A DNA stretch of 63,117 nucleotides, filler included, from Octopus bimaculoides (GCF_001194135.2; 5 parts of 4 records of this genome joined end to end with filler, not necessarily neighbours in it); one strand, 5' to 3'. Counted from the whole stretch's first letter, positions 25,545 to 38,207 are shown. Made by a program: numbers and translations. Notes: generated by a model from the letters alone, not told the origin.

Positions 25545-27309
25545 AGCACACACACACACACACACACAAACACAGTTGCACTTCCTGCTTTTTGTATCTA
25601 ATCCTTCACCTATATTTCTGTATTTATTTATTTTTCATTTCTTTTTTCTCTTATTTTTCTCTAATCGTAATTTTATTTAATTTTATTTTAAATATATTAT
25701 TTTATGTATGTATGTATATTTATGTGTAGCTATGTATATACATATATGTTTTTTAATATGTATACATCTATTTATTTACTTGTATTTTATATATTTATTT
25801 TTTAGTATACTTTATTTACTAGTTTGTTTAGTCTTTCCTTTCCTCTTTTATTTTTCTTCATCACTTGCTTACTTTCTCCTCCGTTCTCTAATTACTTATA
25901 AATTACTTCGCCATTTTTATGACTTCTGATATTAGATTTGTAAGGGAATACAATCAAGTGTTCCGCTGATGGTTTAGTGCGGTTAAGCATCCAAATGCAC
26001 TTGAAATATCCAATACTTAGTTCCATATAAGTGCAATGGTGAAACTAATGTAGAAACTAATAATTTATACTTTTATTTATCACATTTATCATCATTGTTC
26101 ACTATATATATATATATATGTAATCAGTTGTATTTAAAATTACAGCTTAGGTAGGAAACTTTATGGTGATGTATCCAAACCTTGTTGTGTGAATGTCCCT
26201 TGTGTGCCTGCAAAGCACGTTCACTTGCGGTTACCAGGCGTCATTCGGAAGATTGCGCTTTCGTTGGTGGATGTATGCAATGAATTATTCAGTGCACGTT
26301 GTGTGTGTTCTAAATTATTAATACGAAGATAAAGTGTATTGGAAGCTTTATTTACGACAATGATCGTTTCGGCTTATTTCTGCACTGCTTCCTAGTCGGT
26401 AGGGAACGATGTAATGAAATCCAATGCCCCGCGTATTGTAGAAGAAGCATCTTCAGGCCACAGCGAACACGACACAATGAAGTAGAGAAATTTGAAAAGA
26501 CAACACGAAACCGGTTATTTCTCAAAATACAATGTTTATATACCAAAAAGATTTTCTAACATTTTTCTAACATTTTTCTAACATTTTTCTGACATAATTT
26601 AAATATATACTTTAACCAAGTAACACAAGCCTTCTGTAGTTTTTTCACTCTTATTATCTTTTATATATATAGTAAAACATTCCTTCAATATACACAAGAG
26701 AAAAAGGCCAGGTCAGTTCCTTCTCAATTTTATTCGATTGTCAAAGAATATGTATGAGAATATGTATATGNNNNNNNNNNNNNNNNNNNNNNNNNNNNNN
26801 NNNNNNNNNNNNNNNNNNNNNNNNNNNNNNNNNNNNNNNNNNNNNNNNNNNNNNNNNNNNNNNNNNNNNNNNNNNNNNNNNNNNNNNNNNNNNNNNNNNN
26901 NNNNNNNNNNNNNNNNNNNNNNNNNNNNNNNNNNNNNNNNNNNNNNNNNNNNNNNNNNNNNNNNNNNNNNNNNNNNNNNNNNNNNNNNNNNNNNNNNNNN
27001 NNNNNNNNNNNNNNNNNNNNNNNNNNNNNNNNNNNNNNNNNNNNNNNNNNNNNNNNNNNNNNNNNNNNNNNNNNNNNNNNNNNNNNNNNNNNNNNNNNNN
27101 NNNNNNNNNNNNNNNNNNNNNNNNNNNNNNNNNNNNNNNNNNNNNNNNNNNNNNNNNNNNNNNNNNNNNNNNNNNNNNNNNNNNNNNNNNNNNNNNNNNN
27201 NNNNNNNNNNNNNNNNNNNNNNNNNNNNNNNNNNNNNNNNNNNNNNNNNNNNNNNNNNNNNNNNNNNNNNNNNNNNNNNNNNNNNNNNNNNNNNNNTGCG
27301 TATATAAAA

Positions 27310-27480
27310 CTGACGCTCAGTGGATTACGACGACAATGGTTTCAGTTGATCCGATCAATGGAACTGCCTGCTCGTGAAATTAACGTGCAAGTGGCTGAGC
27401 ACTCCACAGACACGCATACTCTTAGCGTAGTTCTCAGGAAGATTCAGCATGACACAGAATGTTTCAAGGCTGGCTCTTTC
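27310..27480 (-). mobile_element. SINE family A 3' fragment
   Basis: cagttgatccgatcaatggaactgcctgctcgtgaaattaacgtgcaagtggctgagcactccacagacacg. Confidence 0.85.
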
Positions 27481-27786
27481 AAATATAAGTAGTACTATTT
27501 TTTGCCAGCTGAGTTGGCTGGAGCAACGGGAAATACAGTCTCATGCTTACGGACACTGCGCGCCGCTGGGAATTGAATTCACGACTTTACAATTGCGAAC
27601 CGATTACTCTAACTACTAAGCCAAGCGCCTTATATACACATGTATAAATGCATAAACATATGCGTATATATATTTATGTATATATCGTTTAATGTACAAG
27701 TAGAAAGATATGAGATAGTATTAGTTTCTTGCTTTGGACACACGTTTCTAGGCAGTTCCTCCAGGTCGCCAAATAAATTTTGTCCA

Positions 27787-28192
27787 TATACTCTTTTACT
27801 TGTGTCAGTCATTTGACTGTGGCCATGCTGAAGCACCACTCTTAAGTCGAGCAAATCGATCCCAGGACTTATTCTTTAGAAGCCTAGTACTTATTCTATC
27901 GGTCTCTTTTGCCGAACCGCTAAGTTACGGGGACGTAAACACACCAGTATCGGTTGCTAAGCGATGTTGGGGGGAACAAACACAGACACGCAAACATATA
28001 CACACACATACATATATATATATACATATATACGACGGGCTTCTTTCAGTTTCCGTCTACCAAATTCACTCACAAGGCTTTGGTCGGCCCGAGGCTATAG
28101 TAGAAGACACTTGCCCAAGGTGCCACGCAGTGGGACTGAACCCGGAACCATCTGGTTTTTAAGCAAGCTACTTACCACACAACCACTCCTAC
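27787..28192 (-). mobile_element. SINE family C, full length
   Basis: Collinear with 13944-14363 (catttgactgtggccatgct...gtgccacgcagtgggactgaacccggaacc...ccactcctacgc). Confidence 0.9.
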
Positions 28193-28254
28193 GCATATGC
28201 ATGTATTTGCTGAAAATTTAACATCTATGGATTCCACTGCATTAAGTAATCCGG

Positions 28255-28690
28255 TGGAATCCTTAGATCTGAAAAGAATGTGCAATCTGAGAAGTCCACC
28301 ACACCACTTAATTCCAAATCCGAAATTTTCAGCGAATGCATGCATATGAAAAAATCTCTTTAGGCGAAAAGGAGATCACCACCTCTCGAGATTGAGCAGC
28401 TGTCTCGCAGACTTTGAACCCCTCTCCTTTGAATTATTCTACTACAACTAGTTTTAATATAGCTACTACGGTCAAAGAAGACGTGACTCTAATATTTTCT
28501 CTTTTCTTTTTCCATTTTTATTCGCCCATCCACTTTTTGGATCAACCTTCTTGTTTTTTGTTATGATTTCTCATGCACCAGCGTCCTGGTTTTCAAATAG
28601 AACAGACCATGCGCTTAGTACCTGAAGATTGCTTAGAGACGTGTTATAAAAACCTGCCTAGATACGTGTCTCCAAAGCAAAAAAAACTAT
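28255..28690 (+). mobile_element. Repeat family X, probable Penelope-like 3' end or pseudo-LTR
   Basis: Homologous to 37090-37440 and 36400-36575 (ccctctcc.ttgaattattctactacaa; ccagcgtcct...ttagtacc...gattgctt...gttataaaaacctgccta). The Penelope assignment is inferred from the degenerate hammerhead in the 36.5 kb copy. Confidence 0.5.
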
Positions 28691-28846
28691 TAAACTACTA
28701 GTAGCTTATATCTTGCTACTGCCTACATTAAGTTATATTTCTCAATCACTAAACAGTGTACTTTTTGTTGATCTTACCTTAATAGAACAGTAATGTATGC
28801 ATTTATGATTGTATATGCAGATATGAAATGAATTTACACACACACA

Positions 28847-28893
<47 letters not shown>

Positions 28894-28917
28894 GTATCTA
28901 TGTATATATATGTTTAG

Positions 28918-28995
28918 ATTGGCTGGATGAAAGAGCTGCATCAGGTTCTCAGAGACAGGTGTGTTCGGCACGGTTGGTGCTCTTCACGAATAATT
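28918..28995 (+). CDS. Candidate 78-nt symmetric exon
   Basis: Acceptor tgtttag|, donor T|gtaagt. Two frames are open (DWLDERAASGSQRQVCSARLVLFTNN or IGWMKELHQVLRDRCVRHGWCSSRII). Confidence 0.18.
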
Positions 28996-29290
28996 GTAAG
29001 TCAGTGGCTGCAGGAACGTCATAGGGAATTCAAAAGGAATGAAGTGATGTAAAGAATGGGTTGGTTAGTGTGAGAGTGGCGATTGAGAGTTGTAGATATC
29101 GTCAATAAGGAGATGAATAGACTGACACGTGCAAGTTAAATATGTTCCTTCACTCTAAAGTAAATCCCCAGTCCCACACGTAAATGATTATCTACAAGAA
29201 TTTCCAAAACAATTACACATGAGACACAGATAAGGATTTGAGTACAGTACCTTATGGCCAGTGGTGTTACTCATTGTGGTAACTCATCGG

Positions 29291-29584
29291 TGTGGAGGCG
29301 CAATGGCTCAGTGGTTAAGGCAGCGGACTCGCGGTCATAGGATCGCGGTTTCGATTCCCAGACCGGGCGTTGTGAGTGTTTATTGAGCGAAAACACCTAA
29401 AGCTCCACGAGGTTCCGGCAGGGGATGGTTGCGAACCCTGCTGTACTCTTTCACCACAACTTTCTCTCACACTTCCTTCCTGTTTCTGTTGTACCTGTAA
29501 TTCAAAGGGTCAGCCTTGTCACACTGTGTCACACTGTGTCACGCTGAATATCCCCGAGAACTACGTTAAGGGTACACGTGTCTG
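29291..29584 (+). mobile_element. SINE family A (3' end falls in a gap)
   Basis: gtggaggcgcaatggctcagtggttaaggcagcggactcgcggtcataggatcgcggtttcgattcccagaccggg... Confidence 0.92.
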
Positions 29585-29931
29585 NNNNNNNNNNNNNNNN
29601 NNNNNNNNNNNNNNNNNNNNNNNNNNNNNNNNNNNNNNNNNNNNNNNNNNNNNNNNNNNNNNNNNNNNNNNNNNNNNNNNNNNNNNNNNCATCGGTGGTG
29701 TTACTCATTGTGGTAACTCATCGTGTCAAACATCAAGGACCATATTGTACATTTACATATTGGTATATCTAAATATCTACATATATGTAAATAATTGAAA
29801 TGTATTTACATAGTTTCATGTGCTTAAGGTGATAATTCACTCATAACATTCGAAAAGAGCATGACCGTCTGAATTTATATCTTCTCTCATTTTGTTATAC
29901 AACGACTTTCATTATGTTTCTTGATTATCGA

Positions 29932-29962
<31 letters not shown>

Positions 29963-29988
29963 TGTATGTATGTATGTATGTATGTTTG

Positions 29989-30019
<31 letters not shown>

Positions 30020-30536
30020 TAAAAAAAATCTGGTATATATATTTTGTATTGCAATTAAAGAATAGCTGTAATATTTTTTCCGGAAGACATTTTTGGCCGA
30101 TATTTTGACTTACAATTAAGCTGTTGTTGCTATTGTCGTTCATGTTTTTGTGTCATTGAACAAAAGTCAATATTCTATTTAATGCAATATTTAGCGATTC
30201 AGTGTGGTCCCTACGTGAAGGGTGACTGTAGTAAATCAATTAGAATTTGTTAGTTGCTGTTAATTTTTCTCGGTGTTGTTCTGCAAGGGAAAATATTAAA
30301 AAAATATTTCCGAAAAGGAAAAAAAACAAAAAAACTTAAGGAACGCCACTTAAGAGATGATGTATGATGACTGAAGATGTATAACTGTAGAACAAGACTT
30401 GTCTCATGATTTCTGCTTTCATCAGTTAATTCGCATCTACTGATGAAAGGGTCACACTTTGGTAGGGTTATCAGCCTGGTTGTAAATCGTGACCTATTTG
30501 CTCCATAATTATTTCTTTAATATTTTATACGTCTAA

Positions 30537-30590
30537 TAAGGCGGCGAGTAGGCAGAATCGTTAGCACGCCGGGTGAAATGTATCTAAGGC
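30537..30590 (+). mobile_element. SINE family B head fragment
   Basis: aaggcggcgagtaggcagaatcgttagcacgccgggtgaaatg. Confidence 0.75.
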
Positions 30591-30754
30591 AAGAAATGCC
30601 TGTCTGTCTGCCTGCCTAATTGAGTCAAATAAAAATGCTACTCACTATAGGTAAAGAATTTACCTCTGAATAGATAGTTTTTAAAGGGGCCATCTACTAT
30701 TAAAAGTTATTTACTTCATTTGTTAAACATTGCTTTACTACTAAAAATATCAGA

Positions 30755-30806
<52 letters not shown>

Positions 30807-31489
30807 GCCCAATTATTTTAAGAAGGATAATATTTTTTGCTCTCTGTGTATGCCACCCGATGTCACTCCACGCATTTTTGACGCCGCTACATACAACCAC
30901 AGTTATTCACGATTGTCTACTTTTGATATTTTCATTTATGCGAGGATAACACTTTGTCTATCACAACTGCTTCTTTAAACTATGAATTAATCTATAGATC
31001 TAGAAAAATTATATAAAGATTGAAATAAAATATTCTAAGCTTAAATTATTTATAGAAGAAATATGAAGATTAAAACGTTGTTGGTTTTAACTTTAACTTG
31101 TTTTTCTTAGCAACATTACTTTCCCGATCATTTTATATCATTCTTATATCTTGTGCTTTATCTTTTTCATAAACAATTCAAAATTACCAATCAAAAGATG
31201 TTAGTTATTAAGTGAACCAGAGATGACCTCTACAAAATCGACTAAAATACCTCAAACAATAAAATAAATATATTTGAAATTAAATTTTCTCAAATATATT
31301 TTCTAGAATAAATGATTCAGCTTCCTGGAATAAGACTCTTCAAAAGAGTTACATTAGATTCTCAAACTAAATTTATTCATTAATACTTTAGTTATCGTTG
31401 AACCGTTCATGTAGTTTTACATTTTAACAATATGAAACATGTATTGACTTGGGCCTTAGATATGTCATAGAACCTACGACTTATAAGGT

Positions 31490-31690
31490 CGGAGGTTTAC
31501 TCGGTTTTCATAGCGCATAAGTGCCTGAAATTACAGCGCTTCCTCCAGAACAGGGCGTCGGTTCGTCGCAGGGTTAACTTCCCAGATATTTCTGGAACTC
31601 ATTTCACACCTAGATGGACTGCAGCGACGTGATATGAAGTGTTTTGCTCCAGAACACAAACGCACCTCCCAATTCCCGGAATCTAAACCA
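31490..31690 (-). mobile_element. Diverged tRNA-derived SINE of another family
   Basis: The reverse strand contains gtgcgtttgtgttctggagcaaaacacttcatatcacgtcgctgcagtcca, similar to the cttgagcaa.acact core also seen at 47270-47295. Confidence 0.5.
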
Positions 31691-32133
31691 CATCCTTATA
31701 ATCTCGAATGGAACACTATAATCGCTGGTCACGTGTATACCAAAATATATCAAAGAAGCGTGCAGGATGCTTATATTCTTGACATCTTCCATGTTCAGCT
31801 TACATTTGCTGGGAAATTAGTGTTCAGAGTTATAGAACAAAACACCTGTACTAAATTTAAACTAAAGGCATATATATAATAAGGTTGTCTAATAAATTAT
31901 TCGTTGCGTTACATACCTAGAGCAATATTTTTATATAATACTAAAAAGTTCAGGATTTTTGGTGAAATGTCGAAACATGCAGGGAAGTACGATTAGATAA
32001 GCAATTCCTTTATTTACTTTATCCATCAGAAATGTAATATAACGCTTTATCGTCTTGCTTCACGCATCATATAATTTCTCATATTATGAACGAACATAGA
32101 AGTAAAATTTGTTCATATTTTATCTATGATTGT

Positions 32134-32520
32134 TGTTGTTGGCACTCCGTCGCTTACGACGTCGAGGGTTCCAGTTGATCCGATCAACGGAACAGCCTGC
32201 TCGTGAAATTAACGTGCAAGTGGCTGAGCACTCCACAGACACATGCACCCTTAACGTAGTTCTCGGGGATATTCAGCGTGACGCAGTGTGACAAGGCTGA
32301 CCCTTTGAAATACAGGCACAACAGAAACAGGAAGGAAGAGTGAGAGAAAGTTGTGGTGAAAGAGTACAGCAGGGTTCACCACCATCTCCTGCCGGAGCCT
32401 CGTGGAACTTTTTAGGTGTTTTCGCTCAATAAACACTCACAACGCCCGGTCTGGGAAACAAAACCGCGATCCTATGACCGCGAGTCCGCTGCCCTAACCG
32501 CTGGGCCATTGCGCCTCCAC
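32134..32520 (-). mobile_element. SINE family A, full length, 13-bp TSD
   Basis: TSD tatctatgattgt at 32121-32133 and 32521-32533; (GTT)n tail on the left, head ending gcgcctccac. Confidence 0.95.
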
Positions 32521-33004
32521 TATCTATGATTGTAACGACTGTATATTCCAAAGATCATCTATTTCGATTACGAATTCACCTCCTGTTAGGCATATTGATG
32601 ATTATATACATTTCTTGCTTGTATCAGATAGAAATTAGAAATTAAATGTATTTAGTTTAACACATCTTTTTTTTTTAACTCTCAGTCGGCATTTAGTCGG
32701 CACAATGTTTTCCGGCATTTTGAAAGAATTCACATGAGTGAATCTGCTTTATTTTAATATGCAAAAAATATTTATATGCAAAAGTACATTCTGATTTTCC
32801 GGCAATTGATGACCGGGCACCTTTTTTAATCTGGATATAATTATTATGTGAAGACACATAAATTTCTCACTACCATTGTTAATAACTTTTTCGCTACCAC
32901 TGTTTCATGATACCACTTTATTCACTACTGAAAAGCATATCATGAAAGCATAATTCTCATTAAACCCAACCAGAAGCGATTAAAATTAAATTTAACACCA
33001 CATG

Positions 33005-33707
33005 CGAACCATATGGGTTAAATTAATATTTAAAGTATAGTTATAAATATATAATTATAATTAAAGGCACTGGAGAGACAGAGCCTGTACGCTTTAAATA
33101 GACTTCAGACGACTAACAAACCACTTAAGCAAGCTCTCCGTTTATCACAAGGTTGTATACAAGGAAAATGAATAGAAAAGATACATAAAAATATTGTGAA
33201 CAACCCTATATCTTAAGATTTCATGTTTTACCATATTAAAATTGCTTTACAATCATCAGTAAGGTACACCGACCGTAAATAAATGAGAAATGCATATAGA
33301 TACCCATAGGGATAGACCCGTACAAATATGAATATATACATTTATTTCACACTTATATACGAAGTAAAACTCCATCGTCCATTTCAACCATGTGTGTATT
33401 TACTCAGATTAATACCGCAGTAAATATGTTTGTGGAGTGAATAAACATATATTTATACATAGTTAGGATAAAGTCATTAATTAATGATTTATCAGTGGCC
33501 GGCATACAAAAAAACCATATGGGTTAAAGTAATATTTAAAGTATAATTATAAATATATAACTATGATTAAGGGTGCTAGAGGGACAGCGCCTGTACGCTT
33601 GAAATAGACGTCAAACGACTACAAACCACTTAAGTTAGCACTCCGTTTATCACAAAGTTATATGCGAGGAAACTAGACAGAAAAGATTTATAAAAATATT
33701 GTGGACA
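33005..33707. repeat. Diverged tandem duplication, period ~500 bp, second copy runs into a gap
   Basis: aaccatatgggttaaa.taatatttaaagtata...cctgtacgctt.aaatagac...aaaccacttaag...ctccgtttatcacaa occurs at ~33008 and ~33513. Confidence 0.85.
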
Positions 33708-34719
33708 NNNNNNNNNNNNNNNNNNNNNNNNNNNNNNNNNNNNNNNNNNNNNNNNNNNNNNNNNNNNNNNNNNNNNNNNNNNNNNNNNNNNNNNNNNNNN
33801 NNNNNNNNNNNNNNNNNNNNNNNNNNNNNNNNNNNNNNNNNNNNNNNNNNNNNNNNNNNNNNNNNNNNNNNNNNNNNNNNNNNNNNNNNNNNNNNNNNNN
33901 NNNNNNNNNNNNNNNNNNNNNNNNNNNNNNNNNNNNNNNNNNNNNNNNNNGTATCAAATATTTTCAAAACTCTCACTAATAATTGCTTTATGTATAATTA
34001 TATTTACGATAAGTATATACACGATGATAAGCCACGAGAATGTGCAAGAAAAATATGAGAATTTGCGTTTGAGAAGGTAAAATTAGACTACTGAGACAAA
34101 CTGAAAGGGAAACATCAGATATTTTTTCTTGATATCTATTTTTTCCAGAAATATCATTTGAAGACACAGGAAAATATGTAAATTCTCTCTCCTTTTCTCC
34201 AACACCTATGAACTTCATTCCTATCTAGATCTTGCTTGTCGGCTCATAGGCACTTATCTTATTCAGCTCTGAGATACCAAAACTATCATGTCTTATCTTC
34301 AATCCATCTAGGATAACCAGGCTACATTCTCTAATAAAATATTTGTGGTCTCTATACTGAAAGCGATGTCACCCTCTTATCTGTCACTCAGATATCAGCA
34401 ACAATGACTTCTAGTCACTCTAGATCAAAGTCTCTGTCTCCTCGTCTCCAAAATACATCTGTGCCCCTCTATTACTCTCTTTACTCGTCGAACTAATAAC
34501 ATCTCTATTGTAGTTCCGCTCAGTTCAAAGAGATCTTAGACTTCCAAGCTACATGACGATCTCACTAGTGCTGGTACAACGAACAACAGCACCCAGTACA
34601 CTCTGTGTACTCTGATTCGTATAATCTTCTCACACCGTCCAGCCTATGCCGGCATGAAAGATGGACATTAAAAGATGATAATGATGATAATGATGCTGAT
34701 GATTGTACTTCTTTTTCTC

Positions 34720-36400
34720 TTACTAAGAGTACTTATTTATTCTTTTTTCTGAAATGGCGTTGTGCAACACTTTCGCCAATGATTCCTTTGAGACTTTTTC
34801 ATCAGCACAGTCAGTGGTAACTGATTCATCTTCTCCCACCTCAGCAGTAATGGTTCTATGACTAGGGTTTTGATTAAAAGGAATTTCTTTATATCAAACG
34901 ATCCAACAATCTTATATTCTGACGTCTTTCCTATCAGTGATGACATGTCTGTAATGTTCATTTGTTGTATATATTTACTTGTAGACCTGCTAAAGTTGAT
35001 ATGAACCTGTCAAAACGTGTTTCATGCATTACGTTTCCTCTTTTGAGAATGTAGTCGTCATTCTACTACTTATCAAACCTTGTTCGATGATTAAATGTTA
35101 AGAATGATGTACTTCATACATGTCATATTCCCTGATGTTATAAAATCCTTACTGGAAATGTTGGTACACATCGGGATGTAACAGATGTAGCTTTTGCATC
35201 TTCTGGAGATATTTAAGGAACGTTTGATGTAATTGTGTTTAGATGCATGCTCCAGTTGGCAGTTTTCTCTACTTCAATCAAGATTATCCATTCTCCATCA
35301 TATTTAGATACAGAAATCATAATTTGTAAGTTATTCTGTCCTTCATGTTTCTTTATTATTTGTTTGAGCGTTAAGCTCTTCCCACCCCCAGATGGATTCA
35401 CTGAGCAGCCCTCACCACCATGATGCGATTCTTTTGCTTTATGATAAAGCTCAGAAAATCATTATATCGTTGCTGTAATATTTTTCATAAAATGACAGAA
35501 CTTATAGTCAACAGGTAAATGTGATATTGCACGTTAATTTTCCTGGCTTGTAGCTGATTTTAGTATACTAAATGTTTCTAATATAAGCATTACGTGTATC
35601 ACTTGGCTTACTTGAATGTAATCATGAATAACTCTTGAGTATACATCATAATAATAAAGGCGGCGAGCTGGCAGAATCGTTAGCACGCCGGGAAAAATAT
35701 TTTAACGGTATTTCATTCATCCTTAAGTTCTGAGTTCAAATTCTGCCGAGGTCAACTTTACCTTTCATCATTTAGAAGTCGATAAAATAAGCATCCGTTG
35801 ATCACTGGTGTTGACGTCATCGACTTATCTCCTCCCCTAAAATTTCTGGCCTTGTGCCAAAATATGAGACCAATATGCATCATAACAATCGTTCCTGTCC
35901 AGAGCCAGCTATGGTGTGTAAATATGTACCCCGAAACTCATCTTCATGTAGAATTTTCTTATCCTTAAATTAATTGAGTCAATTTCCTTGTTACAAGAGA
36001 TCCTTTCTTGAAGTGTCACTGTTTTGATCCACAACGGATGGACATATATTCCAGCTGTGTCGTGAGGCATGCGCACTTGTATAACATAGCGTGAAGGGAA
36101 TACACACGTTACCATGCCAATCAAAAGCATGATTAAAATCAACGATTCTTTAATGAGATCACCCTGGTAAATTTGGTGCAGCATTCCTGTCCAAGAAGGG
36201 GAAGTTTATCTCGATGATTGTAACATTTTACACAGAAACTCTGCATCACTAGTTTGACACCACTGTAAACTTGGAACAGTTTATTGCAGTTCTCGCAGTG
36301 CCTATCTTTGGGAAATCAAATGGTTGATGTTGACCTTTATAAATGCAGCTGCATCATCGTTTGTCGTTGATATTCTCTAGTCATTGCCAAGTACAAGTCG
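34720..36400 (-). pseudogene. Decayed DNA transposase relic, Academ-like
   Basis: Frames give IEVEKTANWSMHL (35240-35280), YLQKMQKLHLLHPDVYQHFQ*GF (35140-35210) and LIIEQGL (35074-35094). These match a recalled ER.GNW..HL...YLQ.M..L...HP.VY..F..GF...DL.IEQ.L pattern; the family name needs an HMM check. Confidence 0.6.
35657..35876 (+). mobile_element. SINE family B, full length, inserted in the transposase relic
   Basis: aaggcggcgagctggcagaatcgttagcacgccggg...gagttcaaattctgccgaggtcaac...gtcgataaaataag...ggccttgtgccaaaat; flanked by catcataa on both sides (probable TSD). Confidence 0.9.
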
Positions 36401-37445
36401 GAGACTAATTTTCTCACTTCTCTTTTTATTTTATTCACCCTTCCTGTTTTTGAATCAACCTTCTCGTTTTTTTTTTCGTGATTTTTCATGTACCAGCGTC
36501 CTCATTTTCAAACAGACCAGATTAGTACCCGACGATTGCTTGGAGATGCAAAATATGTTATAAAAACCTGCCTACATATATATATATATNNNNNNNNNNN
36601 NNNNNNNNNNNNNNNNNNNNNNNNNNNNNNNNNNNNNNNNNNNNNNNNNNNNNNNNNNNNNNNNNNNNNNNNNNNNNNNNNNNNNNNNNNNNNNNNNNNN
36701 NNNNNNNNNNNNNNNNNNNNNNNNNNNNNNNNNNNNNNNNNNNNNNNNNNNNNNNNNNNNNNNNNNNNNNNNNNNNNNNNNNNNNNNNNNNNNNNNNNNN
36801 NNNNNNNNNNNNNNNNNNNNNNNNNNNNNNNNNNNNNNNNNNNNNNNNNNNNNNNNNNNNNNNNNNNNNNNNNTATATATATATATATATATATATGGTA
36901 ACATGTGTTTATTCACTTCACGCTATGTTACACAAGTTTTAAAATGAGGACGCTGGTATATGAAAAATCACGAGAAAAAACGAGAAGGTTGTTTCAAAAA
37001 CAGGAAGGGTGAATAAAATAAAAAGAGAATTAAGAAAATCAGTTGCGTCCACTTTGATTATAGAAACCATATTTCAGCTAGTTGTGAAATTCTTAGATCT
37101 AAAGAGAATGTGCGATCTTTCAGCTACGTAAATGGACCTAAGAAATGCAACTTCTGTGTAGCTGAAAGATTGTACATTCTTTATAGATTCCAACGCTCAT
37201 TTCCAGATCCGAAATTTTCAGTAAGCAAGGATACAGATAAATTTCTTTTGGCGAACTGAAGGACATCACCCTCTCCATATTGAAACTTTGGACCCCTCTC
37301 CGTTGAATTATTCTACTACAAACCAGTTTAAATATGGCTTCTACGGTAAAAGAGGACATAACACTAATTTTCTTTTCCAGTTTTTAATCCTTGGAAACAC
37401 AAGGGGTGCTATAAAACCCTGTCTAGATACGTGTCTTCACATCAG
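36400..37445. mobile_element. Cluster of family X (Penelope-like) segments in direct and inverted orientation
   Basis: 36405-36510 (+) is the reverse complement of 36938-37040 at high identity; 37090-37440 (+) is homologous to 28260-28680. Confidence 0.6.
37105..37180 (+). other. 76-nt hairpin: 23-bp stem with two G:U pairs, 30-nt loop
   Basis: agaatgtgcgatctttcagctac (37105-37127) pairs with gtagctgaaagattgtacattct (37158-37180). Confidence 0.7.
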
Positions 37446-37510
37446 AAGACTTTATTCTTTATATATCAAACGATGTGTGTGTATGTGTAATGCGTGTTTG
37501 TGTGTGTATC

Positions 37511-37545
<35 letters not shown>

Positions 37546-37970
37546 AACAATAAGCAGCACGGATTTCAAAAGTGATTGCAGTACGCACGTTTCATGCTAC
37601 TTCAATTTATTTAAGTAATGTGAGCATTACCTTAAATGCAATATGAAGAACAATCTTCAGCTGCACGAAAATGCAGAAAAAAGACATATTATAAATGTGG
37701 CAACATATTAAATCCAAGTGGGAGAGAGCATACATAAAATCCAAATGTNNNNNNNNNNNNNNNNNNNNNNNNNNNNNNNNNNNNNNNNNNNNTTAATTAA
37801 TTAANNNNNNNNNNNNNNNNNNNNNNNNNNNNNNNNNNNNNNNNNNNNATATATATGCATATATGTTTATGTACACGCACACGTATACCCACACACATAC
37901 ATATATATACGTACTCATATATATATATATTGTTACATATAAAGTATCTATACATATGCTGAGGAATAAG

Positions 37971-38006
<36 letters not shown>

Positions 38007-38138
38007 TTTATACGCATACACATACATATATAATACATTATATACACATCTTAAGTAAGTTACATATATGTATAACATATAACTTATATATACTTTATGT
38101 TTATATATTATAGGTAGATATCTATCTATCTATATCTC

Positions 38139-38207
<69 letters not shown>

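Noticed and set aside
30415-30470. CTGATGA motifs on both strands as hammerhead cores
   Set aside because: One has stem II but GGTA instead of GAAA; the other has GAAA but no stem II. Other CTGANGA hits (669, 812, 7453, 34798, 42684, 47243, 51184, 55720) also lack the architecture.
34050-34560. Possible additional LINE C-terminus on the minus strand
   Set aside because: Only faint motif resemblance with many stops; cannot be supported.
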